Shown one piece after another: positions 51,501 to 60,503 of a DNA stretch of 64,000 bases. The position numbers were made by a program, and so were the translations under genes. The notes below the pieces were generated by a model that worked only from the letters and a program-made list of their open reading frames with translations, was not told the origin of the DNA and ran no database searches. The DNA is from Giardia intestinalis (Eukaryota): the NCBI GenBank assembly GCA_000002435.2, contig CM018793.1; one strand, given 5' to 3'. How positions within the stretch are numbered: position 1 is the first letter of the stretch; each line of letters starts with the position of its first letter.

Positions 51501-51920
51501 GAGGAATGCGGACAACAGGAGGACATGGCCCTCAATATGTACCGGCACCTGCTCATCAAGTGCCCGTGCTGTTGTGCTTGTCCAGCGTGTGAAGCCATAA
51601 TAGAGATACCATGTCTGCCTGAGCACATGATTTACGAGTGCACGCACAAGGGCAAGCTGCAGTACTCGTTAGACTTATGTAAGAATTGCAGATGTATCAT
51701 AGAATCGAAGTACATGGCAAGTCACATGGTGACATGCAAAACTATACTGGGAGAGGAGGAAACGATATGTCCACTTTGCGGAGAGCTCCTTCCCAATAGC
51801 GAAGCTGCGCTCACCCATTATAGCGACGGAGAGGGATGCCCTGGCAATCCTCGAACTGCTGCTAATTTACGTACCGTGGTCTCGAACAAGGTGAACTCCA
51901 TTAGGCGCGGCCCGCAGTAA
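48588..51920 (+). CDS. CEP104-like protein: N-terminal jelly-roll-like domain, central helical (TOG/ARM-like) region, C-terminal Cys/His zinc-finger array
   Basis: 1110 aa, ATG at 48588. The N-terminal 'SLGQVYKIQAVQFTTHEFLVPSFVELLLYN' is a beta-rich domain. A helical-repeat region spans ~550-850. The C-terminal 'CQFCLEECGQQ...CPCCCACPACEAII...CTHKGKLQYSLDLCKNCRCII...CKTILGEEETICPLCGEL' forms tandem zinc fingers. This architecture is that of CEP104. Assignment is by domain order only. Confidence 0.45.
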   Translation: MTHNQGAAGSELDFKVLFATSEEPGYKAERLLEHNVLGSGWRSLRRCSYPQSIAISLGQVYKIQAVQFTTHEFLVPSFVELLLYNPQQQAWETIGKVQMGKDGRPTAGRERKTVKIDIKTNALRFILHQPLPHQNNNYNQVSIAAITVLGNPAPTDIRPTTPQIGHPIVSRSKRGTTKPLSGPSQDNSRQSSNGSSYAGAAKAQAQMAPTPGVLPQILNPPDSGDSQASRGHSYLEKGEELRTEIMINKTKAAAAEDFLLADRYKIAYDALGSLLVDYASLDERKAAAIAAENYKGAHEIKTTMKEVENILQLPLEKLVRMLNGEPEPPSPKVAPPTSLNKGSKPKHQVSYQTLEPMGENADENEDDLTTNDIGGAPPDAASKQARANSRPRSRMKASGVSDTEDLSRAVPTISNKDIINENGERMLHNNNNGYQQFFLTEEEKRELEQERKENYMRRRGTNLAASMMTKTRTLTGNSTGAGGSEELGASTRMRQGVTKSQVTKSQLAKTGTMQQFSFDDELNNITSNRDKETAPPELPGSVMRGNNATKLKDAGFNEMYIRLAYSSNKGNVIDAINLMIRALVHDPVAFYPAGISLITIISESTNTALIGLIGNLFCHVYLAIMRKYRGAPNGGELVGTVTQTKNTVVDAGDMTLTFLDVTAQLTLQKENAVTYAELKCTSERTVEKAIGQNMSNLHNDVLLLLAPIIHKLSDSQRRTKINSINMLATASTFPFFPTFNFVNAIISRRSIEKASGLAQNELSFQNQKLIYLVETRSWATAILITGNQRLMTKDTIPVLRAYIEWIIPHATKQEQKKPATDILIAMYGSLLSDMIGITNAVECANKACTTEAILKTIYKAMVECDKKLSIKPPRVKLLPPSADAPAGKLVINMKPSLSSRPSSPDYKRDTAAGHEGYSAHSMDGIDNARAQQYQHQSGGNQQELTAVAETVADDDDPQYGDFPPGVCQFCLEECGQQEDMALNMYRHLLIKCPCCCACPACEAIIEIPCLPEHMIYECTHKGKLQYSLDLCKNCRCIIESKYMASHMVTCKTILGEEETICPLCGELLPNSEAALTHYSDGEGCPGNPRTAANLRTVVSNKVNSIRRGPQ

Positions 51921-53514
51921 ACAGATATGCTACTTCTAGCGTGTTGTCCGTCCGCACCATAACATTCATAGAGAGCTGCTTCTGGGTGTGAGATGAATAT
52001 TTTATTTTTAAAATCTCACCATCGTAAATCTGAGAGGCAGATTGTAAAGTATTTTGGACGTGTTCTGTTTCATCATTCGTTCCTGGCGTGGAACTATCAT
52101 CCGTCCACCCTGAAGGCGTATCATCTTCATAAAGTAGCACACCGTCCCCGTAAATCGCAGAGATGGTAGAGGAAAATTCTTTAGTAAGATACTCGATAAC
52201 AGCATCAACGGAAAGGGGAGGTACATCCTTCACTTTCAGAATGTAGTAAGGGACACTGCATACGACACAGGCTGGATTTGAGGGTCGCAGATCATCGTTT
52301 ATCAGCAATGTCCTTCTAGAGTTCTTAATGAAGTGCTGAAGAGAAATAGCTGTGCGGTGCTGCTTGGTTATGAGGGAAGAGAAGATCATGTGGGCGAGCT
52401 TCATTGCTAGAGCAGCTACTGCAGCATTGGTGAATGTTACAGCGGGGACGATTGATCCTGCCAGAGTACTGAGCTCAAACGGAGTAAGCGTCGTAGTGAT
52501 TCCGAACGAGTGCATCCGCAACACTGAAAGGCCTGCAACGAGAGCGACCAGGTGAGGATTGTCTCTGTCATACGTGGTAAGGGTATACGCCTTACATGCA
52601 ATGGATCTTGCAAGCGCTGTAGCGCTGATGAACACTTCCTTTAAAGCCTGCTCAACGGACATATGCTCATGTAAAGTATAGCTAACCGAGAGAGATGTCT
52701 GCTTTATGCAGGGCTGAATCGCTCCGTCTTCGTGCTCTGATGCAGCCAACAAATGAGTAACAGCTTGCCTTGCCTTATTTATGTCCTCCATGTCCAGCAC
52801 TGCAGAGGCGGATGGATTGTCTAAAAGGTGAGTTTTGAAGCTATAGTAGAGGAAGCGAGCTAACTCAGATAAGAGCTTGTCAATCGAGCCACTACAGTCA
52901 ATAGGTGTGTACTCAGTGAGTTCGGAAAACGGGTCAACGTCGTACATACGCTGCACAAGAAGAATGGAATAACTGACACAGTGCTCGGGCCGCGTCGGCT
53001 TATTCTTCATGGTACATATAGGAATGTCTATACGTGTGTCCCTATTATAACAGTTATAGCACTCTACTGTCGGGTCCTCGGACAGCCAGTACAAAGCAGG
53101 AGGGTAGCCAGTCACGGAACCAGACAGGCCAGATGTCCCAGCATCTACCAAAAGTTTATTGGCGAACCAGCACATCTCACCCACATATTGCCTGGGAGCG
53201 AAGGCGTCAAGACACGTTACGGTGACATCATATTGAGAGAAAAAGGACGGACCAAAGCGCTTTGGGTTGATAACCGTCTCACTATAAGAGTTAACCCTTA
53301 GTGATGGCGCCTTTGCCCTGAGATAGTCCGCAGTGACATGTGCCTTCTCGCGACCCACGTCGTCCCTACTGTAGAGAAACTGACGATTGATATTCGAAAG
53401 CTCAATGCTGTCCATGTCTATGACTGCTACAGAGGCATAGCGAGCGGGGGCCTGGACAACCAGCTTCGCAACCTCGCACCCAATCCCGCCGCACCCGACG
53501 ATGCACAGATTCAT
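51901..53514 (-). CDS. UBA2: SUMO-activating enzyme subunit 2 (UBA2/SAE2-like E1, ThiF/MoeB fold)
   Basis: 'CIVGCGGIGCEVAKLV...DMDSIELSNINRQFLYSRDDVG' is the ThiF Rossmann/adenylation motif. 'VECYNCYNRDTRIDIPICTMKNKPTRPEHCVSY' aligns with human UBA2 '[33 protein letters not shown]', including the Zn-binding cysteines and catalytic Cys. ATG at 53514 (complement). Confidence 0.85.
   Translation of the reverse strand: MNLCIVGCGGIGCEVAKLVVQAPARYASVAVIDMDSIELSNINRQFLYSRDDVGREKAHVTADYLRAKAPSLRVNSYSETVINPKRFGPSFFSQYDVTVTCLDAFAPRQYVGEMCWFANKLLVDAGTSGLSGSVTGYPPALYWLSEDPTVECYNCYNRDTRIDIPICTMKNKPTRPEHCVSYSILLVQRMYDVDPFSELTEYTPIDCSGSIDKLLSELARFLYYSFKTHLLDNPSASAVLDMEDINKARQAVTHLLAASEHEDGAIQPCIKQTSLSVSYTLHEHMSVEQALKEVFISATALARSIACKAYTLTTYDRDNPHLVALVAGLSVLRMHSFGITTTLTPFELSTLAGSIVPAVTFTNAAVAALAMKLAHMIFSSLITKQHRTAISLQHFIKNSRRTLLINDDLRPSNPACVVCSVPYYILKVKDVPPLSVDAVIEYLTKEFSSTISAIYGDGVLLYEDDTPSGWTDDSSTPGTNDETEHVQNTLQSASQIYDGEILKIKYSSHTQKQLSMNVMVRTDNTLEVAYLFTAGRA
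51916..51922 (+). promoter_or_regulatory. AGTAAAC polyadenylation-type signal overlapping the TAA stop of the CEP104-like gene
   Basis: Sequence is cgcAGTAAACag, a perfect AGTRAAY match. Confidence 0.5.
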
Positions 53515-53539
53515 TTATCACATTTACACTCATACTTAA

Positions 53540-53941
53540 TCAGAGACTGTTGAGCTTCGAAAGGTGCTCTTCGCATTCGTTGGATGCAGGGTGTCCAGAC
53601 CAGACCAGCTCCCCATCCTTGTTGAAGAGGAAGGCAGCAGGGATGCCCTTGCAATTGTTCTTCTCCATAAGGCTGCGGACCTCCTTGTTCGTGTCACAGG
53701 CCACGTTGTACTCCTTCATGTGGGAGATGCGAGAAGCAAACCCCTCGACGGTCGCAACATCCTCCTCGGAGACGCTCACAAGGTATACGTTGGGGTACTT
53801 GGTCGGGATCTTTGCAAGGTGCGGGATCATGCCTCGGCAAGGCGGGCACCAGGTTGCAAAGGCCTCGACCATGTAAGACATTCCGGGCCTGTACTCCTGG
53901 ACCTTATTTACGTAGGTCAACGCATTGATATCAGGCAGCAT
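53540..53941 (-). CDS. thioredoxin-like protein (WCPPC active site)
   Basis: 133 aa. 'MVEAFATWCPPCRGMIPHLAKI' carries the thioredoxin CxxC motif in the usual position. ATG at 53941 (complement). It lies 25 bp downstream of... i.e. its stop abuts the UBA2 initiator. Confidence 0.8.
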   Translation of the reverse strand: MLPDINALTYVNKVQEYRPGMSYMVEAFATWCPPCRGMIPHLAKIPTKYPNVYLVSVSEEDVATVEGFASRISHMKEYNVACDTNKEVRSLMEKNNCKGIPAAFLFNKDGELVWSGHPASNECEEHLSKLNSL

Positions 53942-54062
53942 TTTTAAGAAAAAACCAGAAATGATTGGTCACAGGAGAAGGTCGAATTCAAATCTTATGA
54001 ATCCACAACGTTGGCATAGGAACCACCCTGTCCTGTTCTACCCTGCATGTCCTGCTAGAGGC

Positions 54063-55061
54063 CTAAGAATACCAAGACCCTGTTTGTGGAACCTCTGTCG
54101 TGTCAGCTGCACAGATGAGGCCCACAGTAGACGAGTTTAAAGGTTGTGGTGCCATAGAGTCTAGTCCAGAAAACAGTCTTGTGGTCCCTGATAGATATGT
54201 GGGAGGTGGGGTGATAGCATGGATCTCACCGTCAACGCCACTGGTACGTGGCCGTTGTGCTTGCAGACGAGAGTGACTAGCAGATTGACAACTGAGGGAG
54301 GCCTTTAATTTGTTCTGAAGGCGATATTTTTGTAATTTAGATTGAACGTGTTTCTGCGTGAGATCAGGGTAAAAAGGGCTCATAAAGCGGAGGATCCTAA
54401 CGGGTGTAGGGACCTCCCCGATGATGCTGTTGTATGCTCGCACAAAGAGGTCATTCATTTCTGGAGTCCAAACAATGCGGCTGGATGCCTTGCATGTCCT
54501 TTCGTTGCGCTTAGAGGAAACCTCAAGGCCTCTAAGAGGTACGTTGTTTAGCTTGGAATGACTCTTTTCAGAGACGCCGTTGATGGCCTTGCTTTTGCTG
54601 ATAGGTACGGGCGAGAGTATAGATGCAGATGCAATCGTGGTGTTGGGCTCTAGGTCGGAGGCGTAAGTATAGGTCGGAGAAGATGACGTCATAACACCTC
54701 CCTTGCCATAATACTGAGGATGTCTAGTATTCTCCTCAACTGCTCCCTCCGCATGAGCAGATTGATGGTCTTCCTCCGAGGCTCTCAACTCAGCTCTAAA
54801 CGGCATCAACTCCAAATATCTAAAGGAGACAGAAGGATTTATCCCTTTACTAGCTGGTTGTGAAGAGCGCTTGAGCGACTTGCAGACTGAGAGGAAGTTC
54901 TTCTGGAATACACTCCGTGAAATGAAAAAGCAGTCTTTCGGCAGCAGCTTTCTCAGCTCCTCAGAATAAAGACTAGTTGGCATGGGTGTGGTGTGCTCCA
55001 TTAACCCCGTGCTTTGGTCATCAATGGTTGCGTCAGACTCATCGATCAATCTTCTCTCCAT
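54063..55061 (-). CDS. Myb-like SHAQKYF/GARP-class DNA-binding protein
   Basis: 'IVWTPEMNDLFVRAYNSIIGEVPTPVRILRFMSPFYPDLTQKHVQSKLQKYRL' fits the single-repeat Myb 'W.xE.H..F..AV..LG...P..IL..M.V.GLT..HV.SHLQKYR' class (nt ~54323-54482). An upstream ATG at 55142 would overlap the preceding gene by 49 bp. I prefer ATG 55061 (MERRLIDESD...), preceded by 'ttgtaaattcaaaaaa'. Confidence 0.7.
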   Translation of the reverse strand: MERRLIDESDATIDDQSTGLMEHTTPMPTSLYSEELRKLLPKDCFFISRSVFQKNFLSVCKSLKRSSQPASKGINPSVSFRYLELMPFRAELRASEEDHQSAHAEGAVEENTRHPQYYGKGGVMTSSSPTYTYASDLEPNTTIASASILSPVPISKSKAINGVSEKSHSKLNNVPLRGLEVSSKRNERTCKASSRIVWTPEMNDLFVRAYNSIIGEVPTPVRILRFMSPFYPDLTQKHVQSKLQKYRLQNKLKASLSCQSASHSRLQAQRPRTSGVDGEIHAITPPPTYLSGTTRLFSGLDSMAPQPLNSSTVGLICAADTTEVPQTGSWYS

Positions 55062-55093
55062 TTTTTTGAATTTACAACCCAATTTCAAAAAAA

Positions 55094-56683
55094 TCATTGG
55101 GGAAACACGGTCTTGAAAGATGATGCAGCTGCCTCGCTGCATTTAGGACAACATATGTCTATAGCCTTTAAGTCCTTCCAGCACTCATTGCAAAAGACAA
55201 GGCTGTTACATTTCGTGCACAAAATAGTCTTTTTTTTGCTCTGACAATGCAGACAATTGAACTTTTTTTTGAGATCAAAGTTCCCAGCATCAGCGAGCAG
55301 CATGTTGCGCAAGTTATCGTTAGTGCGTTTGCTAGACTTTAACATGGTACTAAGAGTCTCATATTTCTGAAGTACTGCTCCGTGGGACCCCGTGTGTGCT
55401 TTAAGCTGTTGAATACGCTGCTCAAGACCACCTGCAGCACGAACATCTTGTGTCTTTTCAATGGCTTTCAGTCTAGTATACGTCTCCATCACACCCCTCA
55501 TAACCCCATTAAGCTTTGCAAAGCATTCATGAATATTGTTACATTCTGCATTCTCAAGGAGACCATTATTTTGCAATAACTCCAGCAGCTTTTTACCCTC
55601 GGCCAGTGCGTCATCAAAGATCGCAAGTTTTGCGCTAATCTGCTCATACCCTTCATTAGCCTCGTCCTTCAGTGCCCTTATTTCCTTAGCTATCTCACTG
55701 TTCTTCTGTGACAGTTGATCTCTTTTGTCAATCAATCTTGCATTCTGCAGCTTCACCGATGCCAGTTTGTTGGCCCTTGCTATTAGTAAATTCTGCAGGT
55801 GGACATTTTCTTCTTGCAGCTTGTGTACTTTGCCCATGGCCATCTGATCTACCGAGTTACTGAGGGCAGCTAGAGAGCCGTACTCCAGGTTGTCAATCTC
55901 TCTAGCTCCGCTTGCTCTCACCATAAAGTCAAGCATTTGACCAGCTCTCCATCTTTCTTTATCATCTGCAAATAGAGACCTTTCAAAGATCTGCCTGAGG
56001 TCATCTGACTGAATACCTTGGAGGCTGGCCCTGTCGACTCCATGAGTTAGATCCCTAAACGTAGCCATTTGGTAGAGAATACAACATACCTGATTAACAA
56101 TATGTGCATCGATATCCTGGTTGTTGTACTCCCGTGGCGTGCTGTTTGCTATTTCGGGAATCAGCATCCACAAACCCGCAAGCGAAAACGATGTCAGCGC
56201 GCTGTCGCAGGTTATGGTGTCAAGTGATATGTCGGTGATATTGCAGATTGGCACGTCCGGCCCTGTGCCACGCTGCTTCTTGCGTGGGTGGTATACATAC
56301 ATTAATGCCGAAAGGATCTGTGCCCCACAGGTCAAGACGTTCCTGGGAGAAAAGGGCTTACCCTCAGCTGCATGCGCCTGAACGAGTGTGGATAGCTGCG
56401 TGCGTAAAGGGCCGTGCTCCACATAAATAGAATTGCTGGCAGTGGAGATAATACATCTGGACGGGCTCTCAATATATTGGTGGTGCATGTCTACTAGGAG
56501 GCTGAGATCATAGGCTATTTGAGCCGGCGTACGGCCAGTATTGGGGTTATAAACTAATGAAGTCACTTCTTTCTGCCCAGTGTCGTTGGTGTCGTGTAGT
56601 GCATCAACCTCTGACAGAGGGAAACTGTCGAAGGGAGCATTTGGGTTGAGACTCTCTACAAGCTTAACTCGCGGAAAAAGCAT
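55094..56683 (-). CDS. NEK-like pseudokinase / coiled-coil protein with C-terminal RING- or B-box-like zinc finger
   Basis: 529 aa, ATG at 56683 (complement). The N-terminal ~250 aa have kinase-like spacing ('LSALMYVYHPRKKQRGTGPDVPICNITDISLD' in place of the HRD/catalytic-loop region) but lack the Gly loop, HRD and DFG. A central coiled coil follows. The C-terminal segment is 'CLHCQSKKKTILCTKCNSLVFCNECWKDLKAIDICCPKCSE'. Confidence 0.6.
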   Translation of the reverse strand: MLFPRVKLVESLNPNAPFDSFPLSEVDALHDTNDTGQKEVTSLVYNPNTGRTPAQIAYDLSLLVDMHHQYIESPSRCIISTASNSIYVEHGPLRTQLSTLVQAHAAEGKPFSPRNVLTCGAQILSALMYVYHPRKKQRGTGPDVPICNITDISLDTITCDSALTSFSLAGLWMLIPEIANSTPREYNNQDIDAHIVNQVCCILYQMATFRDLTHGVDRASLQGIQSDDLRQIFERSLFADDKERWRAGQMLDFMVRASGAREIDNLEYGSLAALSNSVDQMAMGKVHKLQEENVHLQNLLIARANKLASVKLQNARLIDKRDQLSQKNSEIAKEIRALKDEANEGYEQISAKLAIFDDALAEGKKLLELLQNNGLLENAECNNIHECFAKLNGVMRGVMETYTRLKAIEKTQDVRAAGGLEQRIQQLKAHTGSHGAVLQKYETLSTMLKSSKRTNDNLRNMLLADAGNFDLKKKFNCLHCQSKKKTILCTKCNSLVFCNECWKDLKAIDICCPKCSEAAASSFKTVFPQ

Positions 56684-57069
56684 GCAGCCCCAGTAATGCC
56701 TCAGCGATTGAAAACTATGTTATTGTAGCGAAGACTTATACTGGGCTTGTTAAAAATTAAGTTATCTCAATTAATTTATCTCTAAGCCTTGACTACCACT
56801 TGAAAGCCTTTAGTTTTTTGGTTTTGAAGTAGTAATGATTTCATGCTAAGTTCTATTGACTAGAAGCATATGACTAGGAGCATATAGGACATGTAAGGAT
56901 GCACAAGGACAATCGTGCAGATTGGACGAGTTGCATACTACAGTTGAGAGAGATTGGGAAAGATTGGTTTTTTAACGTTTAAACGCTTGAGTCAATGAGC
57001 AAAGGAATAGATCCGCTAGTGTGATTTGGCGAATCGCTGTCCTTTGGCGACTCTGGTAATTCTGCAGAA

Positions 57070-57882
57070 ATGAAAAGTCTGTTACTGGGACTTCACGAGG
57101 ACTTGCATGCCTTGCGAGAGAAGTTAGAGCACCAGTGTACGGTCCTCTCCAGACAGTTTACAGCAGTTGAGCGGCTCACAAATCCCTGCATAACGCTTTC
57201 TAACGGCTCGCTAAAGTTTCTTCCACCACCCCACGGAGACCAGCTCAAGGCTGCCGAAGACACAGTCATTGCATACTTAGATCACAGGAGTGCAGAACAG
57301 AAGGATGCGACTGTTGAGAGCCAATCGCTTATCCCCGTAGACCCTAAGCTTCCTTCACTCGTCGACCTTATTCTGCAAACATGTAGCCAGTACTTGGACC
57401 AGAAGCCGGTCCATACCTTTGATTGGAGAGACAGCGCGTTGGCCCAGATAATGGAGGCAACCCTGGGCCCCATCATAGACTCCGGTAGTAGTGAGCCTGC
57501 CTGGCTTCAGGTATCAGACAGTGAGCTGGCGTCATTGGGAGCCAGCATAGCGTCACTACAGGCCTTTGAGCATCCTCTGATGCAGAGTGGAACCGGGAAT
57601 GAAGGCTTTCTGGCAGGCTTTTTGCGTGACATGGCCCTGAAGCAAGGCGGCTTCAAATCGTTCCGCTCCCGTCTTGTGCTAAATAAGGATGAGTGGCGAG
57701 ATCTAACAAAGTGCCTAAGTGCCGAGGTCGCAGAAACAGTACTAAGTTTATACAAAGTAATAGAGAAGGCCCTCAAAGCTGCTTTGGCGCTGGATTTACC
57801 ACTGCAAGAAAAGATGCGGCTGGTGCGGCTGGCTACTGACGCCATCTCTCTCTCGCTTCATCTAACGCGCGATAAGACCTAA
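57070..57882 (+). CDS. hypothetical protein (270 aa)
   Basis: ATG at 57070. Helical, no recognised domain. Confidence 0.5.
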   Translation: MKSLLLGLHEDLHALREKLEHQCTVLSRQFTAVERLTNPCITLSNGSLKFLPPPHGDQLKAAEDTVIAYLDHRSAEQKDATVESQSLIPVDPKLPSLVDLILQTCSQYLDQKPVHTFDWRDSALAQIMEATLGPIIDSGSSEPAWLQVSDSELASLGASIASLQAFEHPLMQSGTGNEGFLAGFLRDMALKQGGFKSFRSRLVLNKDEWRDLTKCLSAEVAETVLSLYKVIEKALKAALALDLPLQEKMRLVRLATDAISLSLHLTRDKT

Positions 57883-57935
57883 AGGTACACCATGGAACAT
57901 GACTTATAATTAATCTCTATAGAGATTAAATTGGC

Positions 57936-59627
57936 ATGAGGCGTTGTCTTCTGGACGATAGGGCACATCTGGTCCTTCTCCAGCCGAGCAATGTTTCGCC
58001 TGCACGTCGGCAGCCCGTTGTCACCGGAGTAAATCTTCGGCTGGAGGACTTTTCACCGCTTTTAGATACTGAAGAAGATGAGGCAGCACTTCTTGCGGCA
58101 CGCCGTCTGGCGAACTATTTGACAGAAGCACAAGACGAGTCATCCCTGGGTATCATTGGAATGGAGCCTGAGCTCCTCACCCTTGCCCTTGAGCGATTAG
58201 AGCAGTGCGTCCCTCATCAGGCCCATTCTGAATTAGAGCGTCCTGAGGGTGTGAGGTCCACTGCACCCTCGCACCAAATACTTAGTGCCCTTTTGTCCAT
58301 TTTCACTGCTATCTGCGCTAAGCCACATACTCTGGTTCTTGCTGGGATTGTCTCTGCTGACGATACAGTTGAGAGTTCACTAGAACGACGGCTTGGTGAT
58401 AGTAACTCTACTGTGAGAAGGCTTCTCCATGCTGCACAGTCTTTCGTTGAGCACTCCACTCTCAGACACTACGAGGCGGTCACGATGGCCCTCCGTCTGA
58501 TAGGTAACTTGACAACCCATGGCCTATGCGTCGCACGTCACTTGCTCGATAGTGGCATGCTTAGCTCCATCTGCGCGCTGCTGAGCACGGAGCTCTACAC
58601 CTGCTTCACATCGATTCGGGCAGAGGTCCAATGGGTCTTTACAGCAATGGCCTCCCACTTCCCCGGTGACCAAGGAGGCGACAAGCTTGTTATCCAACTA
58701 GATCATTGCGTCTCACCGGCGCTACCATCCGAGACTTACTTAGGAGTGGCTCTGCGCTCAGCCATAGACTACATTGCTAGTTCTTTCCAGTCAATAAACA
58801 CGTACAATGACAGTAAGCGTTATGACAGATGGTACCTCTCAATTCGCTGGCTTATGTACTCCTTTATGTGTCCCTGTCTCGTGAGCCGAGATTGCATTTC
58901 TAACGCCTCCGTTTTAGAGCTAGTAATAAGAAGCATCTCCGTCCCGACACCCGATATCTCTAGCATTGCTATGGTAGCTCTGAATCAGTATTCCATGAAT
59001 GTACCAAGGGACATCAAGAATAAAACTATGTTTACAAGCCAGGCAGTTGCATTGCTCCGTCATGGCTTCACCTCAATTGCCACTACTTACATTGATGCTA
59101 ATTTATATGGAAAGGTAGAACCCTGCTATGTTTCTATTCTCAAAGAGGCTCTAGTCTTTTTAAACAACGAAAACAGTGATATTGAAATACCTGGCTTCTG
59201 GGTGCAAACAGTCGCTAATCTATATGCAAGGTTGTTGCGCGCGCACAGGGTCCCATCCGCGGACACAACTGAAGTGCTTGAACTCTTAACAGAAGCACTA
59301 GGATCCACCGTTTCCATTTGCTCCAATGAAACGATGAACGTGTTATGCAGTAGCAACGCTCGAATCTTTTCCCAATTGATCAAGCTTCTCAAATCATATA
59401 AACCGTGTGTGCAAATGAGGAAAATGATGTGGAAAAACAGCTCAATTCTACTAAATGTGTCAGAATTACTAAGAACAATGATTGACTATGTTCCAGATAC
59501 GGAGTTAGAGCTCCATAGGCACGACCTCATGGAGACTATCAACGTGCTCTTGGAAGAGAACATAGATGCGCAGACCGCAGACATACTAGAAGAAGTACAA
59601 AAGCATCTGTTCCGCAAAGATGACTAG
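57936..59627 (+). CDS. hypothetical protein (563 aa), alpha-helical/ARM-like
   Basis: ATG at 57936, uninterrupted ORF. No catalytic motifs recognised. Confidence 0.55.
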   Translation: MRRCLLDDRAHLVLLQPSNVSPARRQPVVTGVNLRLEDFSPLLDTEEDEAALLAARRLANYLTEAQDESSLGIIGMEPELLTLALERLEQCVPHQAHSELERPEGVRSTAPSHQILSALLSIFTAICAKPHTLVLAGIVSADDTVESSLERRLGDSNSTVRRLLHAAQSFVEHSTLRHYEAVTMALRLIGNLTTHGLCVARHLLDSGMLSSICALLSTELYTCFTSIRAEVQWVFTAMASHFPGDQGGDKLVIQLDHCVSPALPSETYLGVALRSAIDYIASSFQSINTYNDSKRYDRWYLSIRWLMYSFMCPCLVSRDCISNASVLELVIRSISVPTPDISSIAMVALNQYSMNVPRDIKNKTMFTSQAVALLRHGFTSIATTYIDANLYGKVEPCYVSILKEALVFLNNENSDIEIPGFWVQTVANLYARLLRAHRVPSADTTEVLELLTEALGSTVSICSNETMNVLCSSNARIFSQLIKLLKSYKPCVQMRKMMWKNSSILLNVSELLRTMIDYVPDTELELHRHDLMETINVLLEENIDAQTADILEEVQKHLFRKDD

Positions 59628-59667
59628 GGCACGCCAGACGAGACGTGGCATACTTCCTCTCTGATTA

Positions 59668-60435
59668 CTAAGATGTGGGTGTGCGCTTGTGCCTACTTCC
59701 TTTACCTTCGGCATGTGAACTGGTAGTGGAAGAAAGTACGCACTTGCTCATATCAATGATTGTTGACACCTCTACCAGATTGATCTTGTGTGATCGCTCC
59801 TTAGCACGCTGTTCGGCCTTCTCCATCACCTCTTCGAGTCCAGATCGCCCCATGGCGCGTTTGAATAACTTCTCATCACTTTCTCTTTTCCTGACGCGCT
59901 CACAGACAGAGATATAGCCTTTGACGAGCTCTGTGGCTGTCTTTGACCGTGGAGCCATAGGAGACACAAGTGAGTCCATCGAGTCTAAAGTCGGCGAGGT
60001 TGCGAGTCTATGGGTCCCCCTTTGCGGTGAACCGTGAACCTCATATGCAAAATCATAGTTCAATTGAGAGAACAGCTCCAGGTGATCAGGAATAACGGCC
60101 TTTTCTTTTCGCTTGAGAAGGAGGCTAGAGGGGTCTATAGCAGAGGAGCGCGATAGAAGAGATTTGCTATGTACGGGGGACGTTGCTGATCGGTGCACGG
60201 GGGATCTCTCTAAATCTGATCTGTGGGGAAACAGATCGTCTGTGTGTCGGTCGAGTACGCTCCTGTGCCTGATAGTAATGTGCTTTTGAGCTTTCCGTGC
60301 GCTATATACCCCGTTGTATACGTTGGGAACATTGGGGGAGATGGTGTACATGTAACGAATACAGTTTTCTCGCATCTCTTTCTTGTCAATGTGTCCAAAA
60401 GGGTTAAGCTCATGCTTTTTTAGTGCTGTACTCAT
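59668..60435 (-). CDS. hypothetical protein (255 aa), Ser/Arg/Lys-rich
   Basis: Track start 60456 is TTG. The first ATG is 60435..60433 (complement), giving MSTALKKHELNPF.... No recognised domain. Confidence 0.45.
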   Translation of the reverse strand: MSTALKKHELNPFGHIDKKEMRENCIRYMYTISPNVPNVYNGVYSARKAQKHITIRHRSVLDRHTDDLFPHRSDLERSPVHRSATSPVHSKSLLSRSSAIDPSSLLLKRKEKAVIPDHLELFSQLNYDFAYEVHGSPQRGTHRLATSPTLDSMDSLVSPMAPRSKTATELVKGYISVCERVRKRESDEKLFKRAMGRSGLEEVMEKAEQRAKERSHKINLVEVSTIIDMSKCVLSSTTSSHAEGKGSRHKRTPTS

Positions 60436-60503
60436 TGGTTTGTTGTGATGGACCAAAGAAAGGACCAGTAGAAAGAAATAAACTTTTGGTTTAAGTCAAA
60501 GGG

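Noticed and set aside
55062-55142. Upstream ATG at 55142 for the SHAQKYF Myb-like gene
   Set aside because: It would overlap the preceding same-strand gene by 49 bp and lacks an AT-rich initiator. ATG 55061 has 'ttgtaaattcaaaaaa' directly upstream. It is retained as an alternative in the evidence.
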